A model generated the notes under the pieces. That model did not search any database and had not been told where the DNA came from. It saw nothing but the letters and a program-made list of their open reading frames with translations. This document shows, in pieces, positions 19,337 to 29,775 of a stretch of 64,000 nucleotides of DNA. The stretch's first letter is position 1; every line of letters starts with the position of its first letter. Origin of the DNA: Candidatus Latescibacterota bacterium (lineage in GTDB: Bacteria; Latescibacterota; UBA2968; GCA-2709665); assembly GCA_965205485.1 (NCBI GenBank), contig OZ242180.1:2560001-2624000 (forward strand), read 5' to 3'. The translations under genes and the position numbers were made by a program.

Positions 19337-20821
19337 TCAGTTGTCTCCAAGCCGGGACAACTCCGCGCGGGCGACTTCGTCCGACGGGTCCAGCGCCAGG
19401 ACGCGCTTCAGCGCCCGCCGTGCCGCATCCAGTCGTTCCGCCCGTTCGTATAGCGCGGCGGCCCGGACGAACGCGGCGGCCGCATCCCTGGTCCGCCCCA
19501 TGGAAGCGTAGATCCGACCGAGTCGATCGTGCAGTTCGGGGTTTTCGGGTTGGCGCAGCGCCGCACGCTCCAGAACGTCCAGCGTGTGCGCTTCCCCGGA
19601 CAGCCGCTCGAATTCCGCCAGTTCACGTCTCCCTTCCTCGTGCCGTCCCTGAAGCATAAAGGCGCGCCCAAGGCCGTAGCGGGCCCGTGCGTGATCCGGG
19701 TCCAGCGCGATCGCCCGCCGGAATGCCGCCTCCGCTTCGGTCAGGCTGCCCATCCTCAGCAGAACGTCGCCCATCCCGAACCAGGCGCCCGCGTGTGACG
19801 GCGCGTACCGGACGGCCTCACGGTAAGCCTCGACCGCTTTCCGGTCCTCCCCGAGCGCGGCGTATGCCTCCGCAAGGGCCGACCGCGCGTCCGCGAAGTC
19901 GGGCGCCAGCCGGATTGCCCGCCGGAAGGCCGGAACGGCGTCCCCGGTCCGACCCAGAAGCACCAGCGTCCGGCCGAGCATGAAGGGCGCGTCGGGGTTC
20001 GACGGGTCCGCTTTTTCCGCCCTCCCGAAGGCGTCGGCGGCACCGGAAGCGTTGTCTTTCGCGGCTTCGACGTCCCCCACCCCGAGCCACGCGGCCGGGG
20101 AGGCGGGCTCCAGCGCGGCGGCGCGGCGATATGCATCCAACGCCGGGTCAAGGTCGCGCTGGCGTTTATAGTAAGCCGCCAGTTCCAGCCAGGCCGGCAG
20201 CAGGTCGGGTTTCAGGCCGACGGCCCGCTTCAGGGCCGCTTCGCCATCCCTGCCGTTGCCGAGCTTTAATTGGACCGCGCCCAGCCGGTATTGAAGCTCC
20301 GCGCTGCGGGGCGCCAGTGTCACAGCGCGCCTGAATGCGGCGGCCGCCGCAGCGAGGTCGTTTCGCGCAACCGCGAGAATCCCGAGGGCCCGGTGCGCGT
20401 CCGGCAGGTTCGGCGCAAGGTCCGCCGCGCGCCGATATGCGCGTCCGGCATCCTGCAGCCTTCCCATACGCTGATAGACGGCGCCAAGCACGAGATGGGT
20501 GTGCCGGTAGCCCGGCTCCAAACGTGCCGCGCGTTCCAGCATCTGTGAGGCGTCTTCCAGACGGCCCATCTGCGCGCGAAGGATGCCGAAATTGTGCCAG
20601 ACCTCAGCCGATCGGGGCGCCAGTTCAGCGGCCCGAGCCATTTTGCGCGAAGCGTCTTCCAGCCTGCCCGCACCGGCGAGTTCCAGCCCGGCCTCCAGCG
20701 CCCGCCGCGCGGCCGACGGCATTCCTGTTGCCGCTGCGGTGACGTTCAGGTACAGCGTTGCGGCGAAGACGATCGCAAGAAATAAAGGCGCCATAAGTAC
20801 GCGCCAGCCGGCCCGCTCCAT
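19337..20821 (-). CDS. Tetratricopeptide-repeat protein with signal peptide
   Basis: About 12 TPR units (AxxxLGxxY…AxxAYRRAxxLxP) after a hydrophobic N-terminus. Confidence 0.85.
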   Translation of the reverse strand: MERAGWRVLMAPLFLAIVFAATLYLNVTAAATGMPSAARRALEAGLELAGAGRLEDASRKMARAAELAPRSAEVWHNFGILRAQMGRLEDASQMLERAARLEPGYRHTHLVLGAVYQRMGRLQDAGRAYRRAADLAPNLPDAHRALGILAVARNDLAAAAAAFRRAVTLAPRSAELQYRLGAVQLKLGNGRDGEAALKRAVGLKPDLLPAWLELAAYYKRQRDLDPALDAYRRAAALEPASPAAWLGVGDVEAAKDNASGAADAFGRAEKADPSNPDAPFMLGRTLVLLGRTGDAVPAFRRAIRLAPDFADARSALAEAYAALGEDRKAVEAYREAVRYAPSHAGAWFGMGDVLLRMGSLTEAEAAFRRAIALDPDHARARYGLGRAFMLQGRHEEGRRELAEFERLSGEAHTLDVLERAALRQPENPELHDRLGRIYASMGRTRDAAAAFVRAAALYERAERLDAARRALKRVLALDPSDEVARAELSRLGDN

Positions 20822-21053
20822 AGAGATTTGTCCTCTTCCACTATTGACCACTTGGGACCTGCTTCGTGTTCTGACGACGTAAAAGATACATCAGGACCTT
20901 GAGCTGGCACAGACAAAAACCATTCCCGCATCGAGGGCCTTTTGCTTTCCATGCATCCGAAAGCGGTTCGCCGGAGTCGACACCATATCTGATTTGGCAT
21001 CCCTGGAACCAACGCGATCCTGCCCTGCATCAGTCCCTGATCTGACAGTATCC

Positions 21054-21204
21054 GGAGCGAGGGCATCCCTGCCCTCGAACTTCGAGCAACCGACGAATCT
21101 CCATATCAAGGGCCTATTGCTTCCCTTTCATCCGCAACGACGTCTGGGATGACGGCGCAAAGGCCTCGCGAGTTCGCCGTCGAGGGCAGGGATGCCCTCG
21201 CTCC
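21054..21204. repeat. REPIN-like element, copy 2
   Basis: GGAGCGAGGGCATCCCTGCCCTCG … CGAGGGCAGGGATGCCCTCGCTCC; degenerate interior fragment also at ~20928-20965. Confidence 0.9.
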
Positions 21205-21509
21205 CGGGAAAGGCAATCGCGACTTCCTGACGACCTCCCGCCGGTGTGTGGTTTCTCGTTCCACCGCTCAACTTGACCTGGGCAGCAGCGGATGCAGATC
21301 TTCGTTTAATTGATTTAATTCGACCTATTAAAAGCAGTCGATTTTCTCTTTGTTTTATGTTAATCCCGGCTTATATTCAGTATTGGTGAGATGCTTCAGG
21401 GATGGCCCGCGACGGAATCCTGAGGCGCCTTATCGAATCACGGAATCCATCCTTACAAGCAAGTATACAGGTCAACATACGGCCGTAGTTCGAAAGGAGG
21501 TCCGAAGTT

Positions 21510-22247
21510 ATGAAGGCAACGGGCATTCTCAGATTGGCGCTCGTCCCGGTCCTGGGTGCGTTTATTCTGTTCGGACTCGGCATCACGTCCGCTCCGCATG
21601 CGCAGGACATGCGTTACGCGCTCGGCGTCCATGCGTCCGCGTTGCGGCCTGCCGGGCCGCTCAAGGGTTGGTACAATATTTCGCCGGCGTTTGTCGGGCA
21701 GTTGACGTACCAGGTGTCCGACAGAACGATGACGGAAGTGGAATTGACATACTCGCCGCTGACGGACGCCGGTCTGTCCGACCGGCAGTTCACCTGGCAC
21801 AACGGTCTCGGGGCTGCGAACGGCACCAGGATCAAGAGTCCCGGCGCCGAGGCGAATATGTGGATCGGCGGCATCGTGGTCAACGGATTGCGCAGTCTCA
21901 AGCCCGACCAGGTCGGGCAGAGCGTTCCGTACATTGCTGCCGGCATCGGGTTTTTAAGGTATACCCACGAGGTATCGGGTCTGATCTGGCCGGGGCAGGT
22001 GGGCGAACAGATCAGAACGGATGCGCAGGGCATGGTTGAAACCACGGTGGACGAGGACGTGGCGCTGTCGATCAACACCGGACTGGGCTTCTACCGGCGC
22101 ACGTCCGACCAGTTTCTGGTGGATTTCAGGGTCCGCTGGAACGTATCCATGGGCGAATTGAGGCCCTACGAAGACTGGGAACTGAAGAAGACGTTTCCGA
22201 TTTTCAGTTTCAACCTGATGGTCGGCGTCAAGTACTTCATGCGATAA
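21510..22247 (+). CDS. Outer-membrane beta-barrel protein (OmpA/OmpW-like 8-strand type)
   Basis: RBS AAGGAGG; signal peptide; VPYIAAGIG, INTGLGF, C-terminal LMVGVKYF. Confidence 0.75.
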   Translation: MKATGILRLALVPVLGAFILFGLGITSAPHAQDMRYALGVHASALRPAGPLKGWYNISPAFVGQLTYQVSDRTMTEVELTYSPLTDAGLSDRQFTWHNGLGAANGTRIKSPGAEANMWIGGIVVNGLRSLKPDQVGQSVPYIAAGIGFLRYTHEVSGLIWPGQVGEQIRTDAQGMVETTVDEDVALSINTGLGFYRRTSDQFLVDFRVRWNVSMGELRPYEDWELKKTFPIFSFNLMVGVKYFMR

Positions 22248-22913
22248 ATGAGCGCCCGGACCGCAGCGTTTGTGCTCATACTCGTATTCCTGGTCCGCCC
22301 GGAAACCGAGGCCCGGCCCAAACGGGTGTTTCAGGTCCCCAACGCCAACGCGGCCCGTTGTCGCACCTGCCACGTCGACCGGGGCAGAACAACCACAAGG
22401 CTCGATATTCCGCTTTCGGAGTCGACGCATGAAGCCATAGACGAAGGCGACGAGATCTGCGCCAGTTGCCACACGTACACGGGCGGCGGGGGTCCTCTGA
22501 ACGCCTTCGGAGTGACGATAAAGAGCGGGTTTCTGTCCCAGGCCGGGTATACCGGAAACGTGGTGTGGGGGCCAAGCCTGGCACTGCTCGACTCCGACCG
22601 GGACGGATTTACGAACGGCATGGAACTCGGCGATCCGGCAGGCGCATGGCGGGTCGGCGATCCGGCGCCGGGACGGATCCTGTCGTTGAGCAATCCCGGA
22701 GTATTCAGCAGCGTTCCCGTGACTTCGCGGCACCGGTCGGACTTCAACTCGGACGGCAAGGTCGACTTTGCGGACTTTTCAAGCTTCGCCGCGGCATTCG
22801 GAAGGAGCCGGGGCGACCCGGAATTCAATCCGGTTTTCGACCTGAACGGAGACGACACCATCAACTTCCAGGACTTTGTCAGCTTCGCGGGGGACTTCGG
22901 CGCGGGCGAATGA
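22248..22913 (+). CDS. Secreted protein with two CxxCH heme-c motifs, a DSDxDGxTNGxELGDP domain and a C-terminal dockerin/EF-hand pair
   Basis: CRTCH, CASCH, LDSDRDGFTNGMELGDP, DFNSDGKVDFADF…DLNGDDTINFQDF. Confidence 0.75.
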   Translation: MSARTAAFVLILVFLVRPETEARPKRVFQVPNANAARCRTCHVDRGRTTTRLDIPLSESTHEAIDEGDEICASCHTYTGGGGPLNAFGVTIKSGFLSQAGYTGNVVWGPSLALLDSDRDGFTNGMELGDPAGAWRVGDPAPGRILSLSNPGVFSSVPVTSRHRSDFNSDGKVDFADFSSFAAAFGRSRGDPEFNPVFDLNGDDTINFQDFVSFAGDFGAGE

Positions 22914-23049
22914 ATCCGTCTCCGGAGCTCCGCTTGAATCCACTTCAACCGGTTTGTCAACAGGGAGCACCGCCTATGGAGAGGATCGCAAATCAAGGAG
23001 AGTACGACGGTCGGATCTTACACGGATCTATCAGCTAAGGAGTTGGCGT

Positions 23050-26000
23050 ATGAGGCGTGGATTTTTGGTTTTGGGCATCATTACGGCGCTATGCCTGCTG
23101 GCGGAGCCGGCGCAGTCCCAGACCTTCTACGGCAAGATTACCGGACAGGTGACCGACGCGGACGGCGAGACCCTGCCCGGAGCCAACGTCGTGGTGGAAG
23201 GGACGCGCTTCGGTGCGACGTCCGACAGCGAAGGGTATTACGTCATTATCGGTGTCGAGCCCGGGCTATACACCCTGAAGGCATCGATTGTCGGTTACGA
23301 GGCGGTGATTCGGGAGCGGGTCAAGGTGGCCGCGGGCCTGACGACGGTGTCCGATTTCACGCTCCGGGAATCGGCGCTGGAGGCCGCGGAAATCGTGGTG
23401 AGGGCCGAGCGGCCCCTGGTGGAGGTGGACCGGACGTCCAGCGAGGCGAAGATATCCTCGCAGGAGATCGAACAGGTCCCCATCATCAGAGGCGTCAGGG
23501 AGCACCTTCAGTACGCCGTGGGTACGAACGTGAACGACAGTCCCGGCAACGGCGTGCGCATCCGGCATATGAGCTATTATTCGATGCGCGCGGCGCAGAC
23601 CTGGACCTTCGACGGCATCGAGTTGATGAACCTGGACACCTCGCAGCAGACGGGTGTCCGGCAATACACGAACCTGCCGGTAACCGCCGTCGGGGAGATG
23701 GGGCTGGTCAGGGGCGGGGCGGACGCCTCACAGGCCTCGTCGCCCGCTGGCGTGGTGAACATCATCAGCAGGGAGGGTACGCGGATTTACCGCGGCGGCC
23801 TCGACCTCCGGGTGGAATTGCCCGGCAAGCGGCACCGCGGCGCCAACATATACGACGCCACGCCGGGGCAGCGCGGTGGGGCGAACGGGTACTGGCGCGA
23901 CAGGCTGCAGTGGAACAACCCCGAATGGGTGAACGAGCAGGATCCGGAAACCGGACAGCAGATCCACGTCAAGCAGGACTACGAGAGTTCGGTCGGACAT
24001 TTCGTGGAGGGATGGGTCAGCGGTCCTCTGGGCGAGAACGCCACGTTCGTGGTGAGCGGTAAAACCAGCCGCGCCAAGATCAATCTGCCCGCGCCCACGC
24101 TGACGGGGCTGCGGCAGCACAGCATCTTCGGAAAAATCAGCTTCACCCCGTCGCCGAACCTCAAGGTCAAGGTGGGCTTCAATCAGTCCAACGAGCCCAC
24201 GTTCTTCGGCGACGCCAACCGTTCGGTGGGGGGCAACCTCTTCCTCATCAACGGCACGACCGGTTACCAGCAGAACCGGGTCAACCGGATCTTCTACGTA
24301 ACGGGCACCCAGAGCATCAACCCCCGGATGTTCCACGAATTCCAGGTGGGGTACTACGGTACGAAGACGGACCCGGGTGAAGACGTGGACGCCACGACAA
24401 CCTCATGGCGAAGGGACAAGCTGGGCCAATTCAATGTAGATCGGGAACGAAGGCGCATCGTCGTGGAAGACAACAACAGGTACAGCTTGCGGTACGACTT
24501 CACCGGTCAGCTCACCCGGCGGAATCTCTTCAAGGCCGGTTTCGTGTTTCAGAACATGAGCAATCTCAACTGGGACTACAACCGGTCCAGCGCGACCAAC
24601 GCCACGCTCAAGATCATGGCCGGCAACAGCGAGCCCGGCAAGCGGTATACGGTGAACCGGCTGGCCGCTTACGTGGACGAAAAGCTGGAGTTCCAGGGCC
24701 TCGTGCTGCACGCGGGCCTTCGCTTCGACAGCTTCTGGGGCGGGCCCGAGCGGACGCTGTCCGGCTTTATGAAGGCACTGCCGGGCTGGAGGACCTACAA
24801 GGCCTGGCGCACGGGGCGGGTGCCGCTGGCGAAAACGCGGCCGATGACGAGCCTGTCGCCGCGGATCGGTCTGTCCCATCCGATCACCGAACGATCCACC
24901 GTGCGGTACTCATACGGCGTGTACTACAAACCCCCGCAATTCTCCCTGCTCTGGCTGGAACCCTGGACCACGTCCGATGCCCAGAACCACCCCGAACTGG
25001 ACGACGTCTGGTTCGATCTGAACTGGATCGGGGGCGGGCAGTGGCGCCTCGACGGCGGCTATCAGAACCCGGGGGGGTTGCCGAGTACCGCCGAGTTCGA
25101 GGTGACCGGGGAGTGGAACTTCGTCAGCGACTTCGTGATGGAGCTTTCCACCTACTACCGCCGGACCGAACGGGTTGGTTCGGGCGGGGTGCATCGGTTC
25201 TCGGATCCGGTGCAGACCCTGACCTACGTGGGTCACCGCGGTCCCAACGCCCGCCTGGAAACCAAGGGCATCGAGATGGGTTTCACGAAGGCATTTTCCA
25301 ACAACTTCTCATTCCGGGTGGGTCTGGACGTGAGTTGGGTGCTCTTCAACTGGTCGGGCGGTTCACAGCTTCAGGTTACTACGTTTCCGGACTCCAACTT
25401 CATTGCCAGTGCGAAATACTTCACGGTCGATGCGAATGACGAAATTGTTCGTCTGACCGACGATGAAATCCGGACGATCGGCCACAGGGCGAACGAGGCG
25501 ATCCGCAAGAAACAGGCGGACGGGACGACTTTCGTCGGGGGGTGGGGCACGAACCGGCTCGATGCGATACGTCCCTGGAGCGAATATCCCGGCCTGAGCG
25601 AATCAGAGAAGCAGGAGATGCAGAACCTCTGGTTCGAGGACGTCTGGCGCCAGGTGGACGCGTTCCGGGGGCAGCCGCCCACCACGAATGCCTCCTTCCA
25701 GTTCCTCTGGTCCACGCCGATGGACTGGGGGCCGGGCGAAGAAATCGGCGGCGCCAAGATCCTGGGCGGCATCCAGGCCAACGTGGTCTGGAGGCTGGAC
25801 AACGGGCGGCAGTTCCAGATCACCCTGCCCGGGACGAGCGTGCAGACCGTCCGCAACCGTCCGATTTTCGTCCGGACCGACCTCAACTTCCAGAAGTCGT
25901 TCAGGATCGGGGAAACCACCCCCACGCTGTACGCGGAGGTGTTCAACCTGTTCAATACCTTCTACGACGGGTCCTCCGGCTCCAACTATGTGCGCTGGGG

Positions 26001-26112
26001 CCTGAAGAAGCCCACGCCGAACGACACCAATTACCTGAAGTACGGCGACTCGAATTTCAGGCGCGGCGGAACGCCGAGGTACGTGAATGCGGGCGTGCGG
26101 ATCGGTTTCTAG
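23050..26112 (+). CDS. TonB-dependent receptor with N-terminal carboxypeptidase-regulatory-like domain
   Basis: Signal peptide; GKITGQVTDADGETLPGANVVVEGT; plug motif GVVNIISREG; LSPRIGLSHPIT; C-terminal PRYVNAGVRIGF. Confidence 0.9.
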   Translation: MRRGFLVLGIITALCLLAEPAQSQTFYGKITGQVTDADGETLPGANVVVEGTRFGATSDSEGYYVIIGVEPGLYTLKASIVGYEAVIRERVKVAAGLTTVSDFTLRESALEAAEIVVRAERPLVEVDRTSSEAKISSQEIEQVPIIRGVREHLQYAVGTNVNDSPGNGVRIRHMSYYSMRAAQTWTFDGIELMNLDTSQQTGVRQYTNLPVTAVGEMGLVRGGADASQASSPAGVVNIISREGTRIYRGGLDLRVELPGKRHRGANIYDATPGQRGGANGYWRDRLQWNNPEWVNEQDPETGQQIHVKQDYESSVGHFVEGWVSGPLGENATFVVSGKTSRAKINLPAPTLTGLRQHSIFGKISFTPSPNLKVKVGFNQSNEPTFFGDANRSVGGNLFLINGTTGYQQNRVNRIFYVTGTQSINPRMFHEFQVGYYGTKTDPGEDVDATTTSWRRDKLGQFNVDRERRRIVVEDNNRYSLRYDFTGQLTRRNLFKAGFVFQNMSNLNWDYNRSSATNATLKIMAGNSEPGKRYTVNRLAAYVDEKLEFQGLVLHAGLRFDSFWGGPERTLSGFMKALPGWRTYKAWRTGRVPLAKTRPMTSLSPRIGLSHPITERSTVRYSYGVYYKPPQFSLLWLEPWTTSDAQNHPELDDVWFDLNWIGGGQWRLDGGYQNPGGLPSTAEFEVTGEWNFVSDFVMELSTYYRRTERVGSGGVHRFSDPVQTLTYVGHRGPNARLETKGIEMGFTKAFSNNFSFRVGLDVSWVLFNWSGGSQLQVTTFPDSNFIASAKYFTVDANDEIVRLTDDEIRTIGHRANEAIRKKQADGTTFVGGWGTNRLDAIRPWSEYPGLSESEKQEMQNLWFEDVWRQVDAFRGQPPTTNASFQFLWSTPMDWGPGEEIGGAKILGGIQANVVWRLDNGRQFQITLPGTSVQTVRNRPIFVRTDLNFQKSFRIGETTPTLYAEVFNLFNTFYDGSSGSNYVRWGLKKPTPNDTNYLKYGDSNFRRGGTPRYVNAGVRIGF

Positions 26113-26173
26113 GTATGTATCTGACGCCGGGGCGGCGCGGCTGCCCCGGCGCAAACAGGCGGGGAGAAAATCA

Positions 26174-28702
26174 ATGAGACGCATAACCATCATTACAGGC
26201 GCACTCCTGATCGCAGGCGCGTTCTGGCGTCCGGCCGAGGCCCAGCGGGCGACCATCTCCAACCTGGCCGGTGAATCGCTGACGCCCCGGCACCTCGCGC
26301 GCGGCACCCTCTGGCACAGCTTTCTCAGCACGGGCGCCGAAGGGGCTCGGCCGGTGGAAGGAAACTATGCCGGCCTCTATCTGGATCTGGCCTATCCGGG
26401 GTTCGCGCTGATCAGCTGGGGGGGCGGCGGAACGAACGACTTTTCCGCCTACTACGGGGAACAGCGCAGCGCCGGGAGCATGCACGTGGATCTGACGTCG
26501 CACAACGGCCGCGGCCACGGATGGTGGATCGCCACCAAAGTGAACGGCGAGGCCGCGGTGAGCTGGGCCAACCCCCTCATATCGGCGATGGAAGAAAGCG
26601 AAGACGTCGTGGCGATGGCGGTGGATCCCAGCGTGGACTTCAGGGGCAAGTACGCGGGGCTGGGCAGCGACGTGGTCAGCCCCAATTCGGGGCGATCGAT
26701 GGCCAACTGGTGGCCCGGCACCGGGGTGGAGCTGGATGCGCTGGAACCCAGGGAAATCCTGAATTACCGCATCGGCCAGTACAACGACGTTTCCACCGAC
26801 AATTTTCCTGAAGACATCGTCCTGAGCAAGTGGACCACCGGGCTGGGCATTACGGGTGAGAAGGCGGCCTTTGCGTGGAACCACCCGGACTACGACGATT
26901 TCGTGATCACCGAGTGGGTATTCGAGAACACCGGGGATACCGACGGCGATCGCTCAGCCGACCTCGCGGGCGGCGGGCACAATCTCTCGAACGTCTATTT
27001 TTCCTTCCATCACCGGTTCCTGCCGTCATCCGCGGGCGTCTCCCGGGTCAGTTACAGGGCGTATTATTCCGACTACGGCACGGGAGACGGGTGCAGCAGC
27101 AATTTCGGACCCCTGGACAATTCCCAGGACGACAAGATCAAGTATACGGAGGCGCCCAATTACGACGGTCCTGCATCCGCGCGCGGCCTCCGGCTGACGT
27201 ACCAGTACGACTGGGACAACTTCTGCCTGACAGGGCCGCTGGCGGACGATATCGGCGATCCGTACCGCTCCGAACACAGGTGCGCGCAGTGCACGTTCCC
27301 GAGTCTTATCGGCGTCGGGGACATCACGTCCCCGGCATGGATCGGCAAGGCCCCGATCGACGTGGATCCCACGGACGGGTTCGTGGGCGATCCGGAGAGC
27401 TACGAGGCGCCGAAGGTTCCTGAGCAGCCGTTCTCGTACAACTTCTTCCATTTTCTGTACCGGTATCCGTCCAGCGCGGCGGCCGCCGTCGGGTTACTCA
27501 CGGACGAACCGAACCCGAATGAGATGAACCACGAGACGCTCTACCAGATGCTGATCAGCACGCCGGAACCGTCCTATTTCAACGAGCCGCTTCTGGAACG
27601 CCCGAGCAGGGGTTCGGGAAATCCCAACCTGGGCGTGCCGCTGCTCCCGATTCCGGAGGTCCCGTTAGGCCCAATGCCGTATATGCCCATCCCCACCTGG
27701 GAGTGGGAGGGCAGGCACGGCATTGCCGCGGGCTACACCCCGTTGGAGACATACGGCCCCTATGACCTGGCGCCCGGCCAGAAGGTGAAGTTCGTGTTTG
27801 CCTACGTGGCGGCCGCACCGGTTACGGAGAACTTCCGGGCTTACCAGAAGTCGGGAGACACCAGCGAACTCAAGAAGGAAGAGAACGGCGCCGCGTTCAC
27901 CAATCTGCTCAACCACCTCAATAAGGCCAAGGAGGCCTATGCGCTGGGTTACGACCTGCCCAACCAGCCTCCCGACGTGGACGCGACGGTGTCCTCTTCC
28001 GAGAACGCCCGCAACCTGATTACCTGGAAGGGCGACCCGGAGAAGTCGATCAATCCGGATACCGGGCAATCCGACGTGGCGGGCTACCGCATCTACCAGT
28101 CCGAGACCCAGCCGGGCCTCTGGAAGATGATCCAGGACGTACCGGCGAACGGCTCCGCGGAATACGCGTACGAAGACACGGAGTCGCTCGCGGGATTCCA
28201 GTATTATTATGCCGTGCGCTCCTACCAGGGCAGCGCCAATTCCGGATTCGCCAGCCGGGTGACGGGCGCCACGGTGGAGGGCGGTGTCCGGGCCTACGAA
28301 TCCGGAATCGGAGACGTTTCCACGTACTATCTGCCCCCCTCGGGAGCGGCGCCCGACAGCCCCGTGCAGGTGCCCACGGCCAGCGCGGACCGGCTGGAAA
28401 AGGATATCCTCATTGTGCCGAATCCGTACATCCCCGAGTCGCCGCACACCTACGAGGGCTCAACCAAGATCCGCATCCTGAATGTCCCCAGGAAGGCCAA
28501 GATCAGGATCTTCTCGGTAGCCGGCGACCTGGTGGGCGAAGTCGACCACGATTCGCAGACAGAGGGCGAAGCGGCCTTCTTCCAGTTCAACAGAACGCAC
28601 ATCACGCAGTTGACCTTCGGCGTGTACTTCGTCACCGTCGAGTCCCTGGTGTCGGAATCCCAGGGACAGGTGAAGGGCGCCAAGCTGGTCATCATTCGCT
28701 AA
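26174..28702 (+). CDS. Large secreted protein with FN3-like domain and T9SS-like C-terminal sorting domain
   Basis: Signal peptide; PNQPP…LITWK…GYRIY…YYYAVRSY; ILIVPNPY…IRIFSVAGDLV…GVYFVTVES…KLVIIR*. Confidence 0.8.
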   Translation: MRRITIITGALLIAGAFWRPAEAQRATISNLAGESLTPRHLARGTLWHSFLSTGAEGARPVEGNYAGLYLDLAYPGFALISWGGGGTNDFSAYYGEQRSAGSMHVDLTSHNGRGHGWWIATKVNGEAAVSWANPLISAMEESEDVVAMAVDPSVDFRGKYAGLGSDVVSPNSGRSMANWWPGTGVELDALEPREILNYRIGQYNDVSTDNFPEDIVLSKWTTGLGITGEKAAFAWNHPDYDDFVITEWVFENTGDTDGDRSADLAGGGHNLSNVYFSFHHRFLPSSAGVSRVSYRAYYSDYGTGDGCSSNFGPLDNSQDDKIKYTEAPNYDGPASARGLRLTYQYDWDNFCLTGPLADDIGDPYRSEHRCAQCTFPSLIGVGDITSPAWIGKAPIDVDPTDGFVGDPESYEAPKVPEQPFSYNFFHFLYRYPSSAAAAVGLLTDEPNPNEMNHETLYQMLISTPEPSYFNEPLLERPSRGSGNPNLGVPLLPIPEVPLGPMPYMPIPTWEWEGRHGIAAGYTPLETYGPYDLAPGQKVKFVFAYVAAAPVTENFRAYQKSGDTSELKKEENGAAFTNLLNHLNKAKEAYALGYDLPNQPPDVDATVSSSENARNLITWKGDPEKSINPDTGQSDVAGYRIYQSETQPGLWKMIQDVPANGSAEYAYEDTESLAGFQYYYAVRSYQGSANSGFASRVTGATVEGGVRAYESGIGDVSTYYLPPSGAAPDSPVQVPTASADRLEKDILIVPNPYIPESPHTYEGSTKIRILNVPRKAKIRIFSVAGDLVGEVDHDSQTEGEAAFFQFNRTHITQLTFGVYFVTVESLVSESQGQVKGAKLVIIR

Positions 28703-28712
28703 GGAGGTCGCC

Positions 28713-29687
28713 ATGAGGCGCATATATCGGATCGGCTTTGCGGCGCTTGTCGGCGTCCTCTTGCTGGGCGCCCCGGCGTTGGCCGACATCTCCAACCAGA
28801 CCCCGGTGGGCGAGACCTACGCGGCCTTCCTGGAAATTTCCCAGAGCGCGCGCGCCGCCGGGATGGGCGACGCGTACGTGGCCGTGGCGGACGACGTCAA
28901 TTCCGTGTTCTGGAATCCCGCCGGGCTCACGGCCATGACGCCCAATCGGCTGCAGTTCGCATTCACGAACACCAGGTGGCTCCTGGAGTCCCAATTGAAC
29001 TCCGCGGCGATCGGCGTCAATACGGACTACGGCGCCCTCGCCCTGAGTCTGGTGGCGTTCAATACGGGCGATATCGAAGAAACCACCATTTTCAATCCGG
29101 AGGGAACCGGCCGGATCCTGGACACCGGAAGCTGGGCGGTGGGCGGGGTCTATGCCAGGCAGTTTACCGAGCGCTTCTCGGTGGGATTCCAGGCGCGGGT
29201 GATCGAGGAAAAGCTCGACACGGGTTACGATTACCGCGTTTTCGACTTGGCGGTCGGCACGTTCTACCATACCGGATACCGGAGCCTGCGCATCGGCATG
29301 TCTCTGCGCAACTTCGGGAAGGACCTCGTACTCCTCACGGACGAAGCCATCAAGGGCAAGATGCCGGTTTTCTTCAGCATGGCAACCGCGGCTGAGGTCT
29401 ACGGGGAACGCGGGGAAGACGTCTCGCTGACCGGCGCGGTCGAGGCGCTCTACAGCGTGAGCGTCGAACGGCGGATGCACGTGGGCGCCGAACTCTGGCT
29501 GCGGAACATCGTCGCGCTTCGGGCCGGTTACAAGCTGGGCTACGACGTGCAGGACGTTACCGCCGGGGCGGGCGTCCGGATTCAGCGCGGGATTCATCAC
29601 GTGCAGGCGGATTTCGCCTACGTGAAGTTCGACCATTTTCCCGATAACGGCGCGACCCTGCGGTTTTCCGTAACCGGATCGTTCTGA
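28713..29687 (+). CDS. PorV/PorQ-family (FadL-like) outer-membrane barrel
   Basis: AAFLEISQSARAAGMGDAYVAVADDVNSVFWNPAGL signature; ALRAGY; C-terminal F; RBS AGGAGG. Confidence 0.88.
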   Translation: MRRIYRIGFAALVGVLLLGAPALADISNQTPVGETYAAFLEISQSARAAGMGDAYVAVADDVNSVFWNPAGLTAMTPNRLQFAFTNTRWLLESQLNSAAIGVNTDYGALALSLVAFNTGDIEETTIFNPEGTGRILDTGSWAVGGVYARQFTERFSVGFQARVIEEKLDTGYDYRVFDLAVGTFYHTGYRSLRIGMSLRNFGKDLVLLTDEAIKGKMPVFFSMATAAEVYGERGEDVSLTGAVEALYSVSVERRMHVGAELWLRNIVALRAGYKLGYDVQDVTAGAGVRIQRGIHHVQADFAYVKFDHFPDNGATLRFSVTGSF

Positions 29688-29717
29688 CCGAACAGAAGCG
29701 CAATTCGAATGAACCGC

Positions 29718-29756
29718 CAGGCGGCTTTGTTTCGCGACAGGGCCGCCTGTCTGTTT
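29718..29756 (+). terminator. Probable intrinsic terminator or stabilising hairpin after the PorV-family gene
   Basis: CAGGCGGCTTTGT-ttcgcg-ACAGGGCCGCCTG followed by TCTGTTT. Confidence 0.55.
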
Positions 29757-29775
29757 ACCGGGGAGATGTCGGTAC

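Noticed and set aside
21210..21509. Riboswitch (cobalamin/SAM/TPP) upstream of the TBDR cassette or the HMT genes
   Set aside because: I could not find the conserved cores by eye; an Rfam scan is needed for certainty
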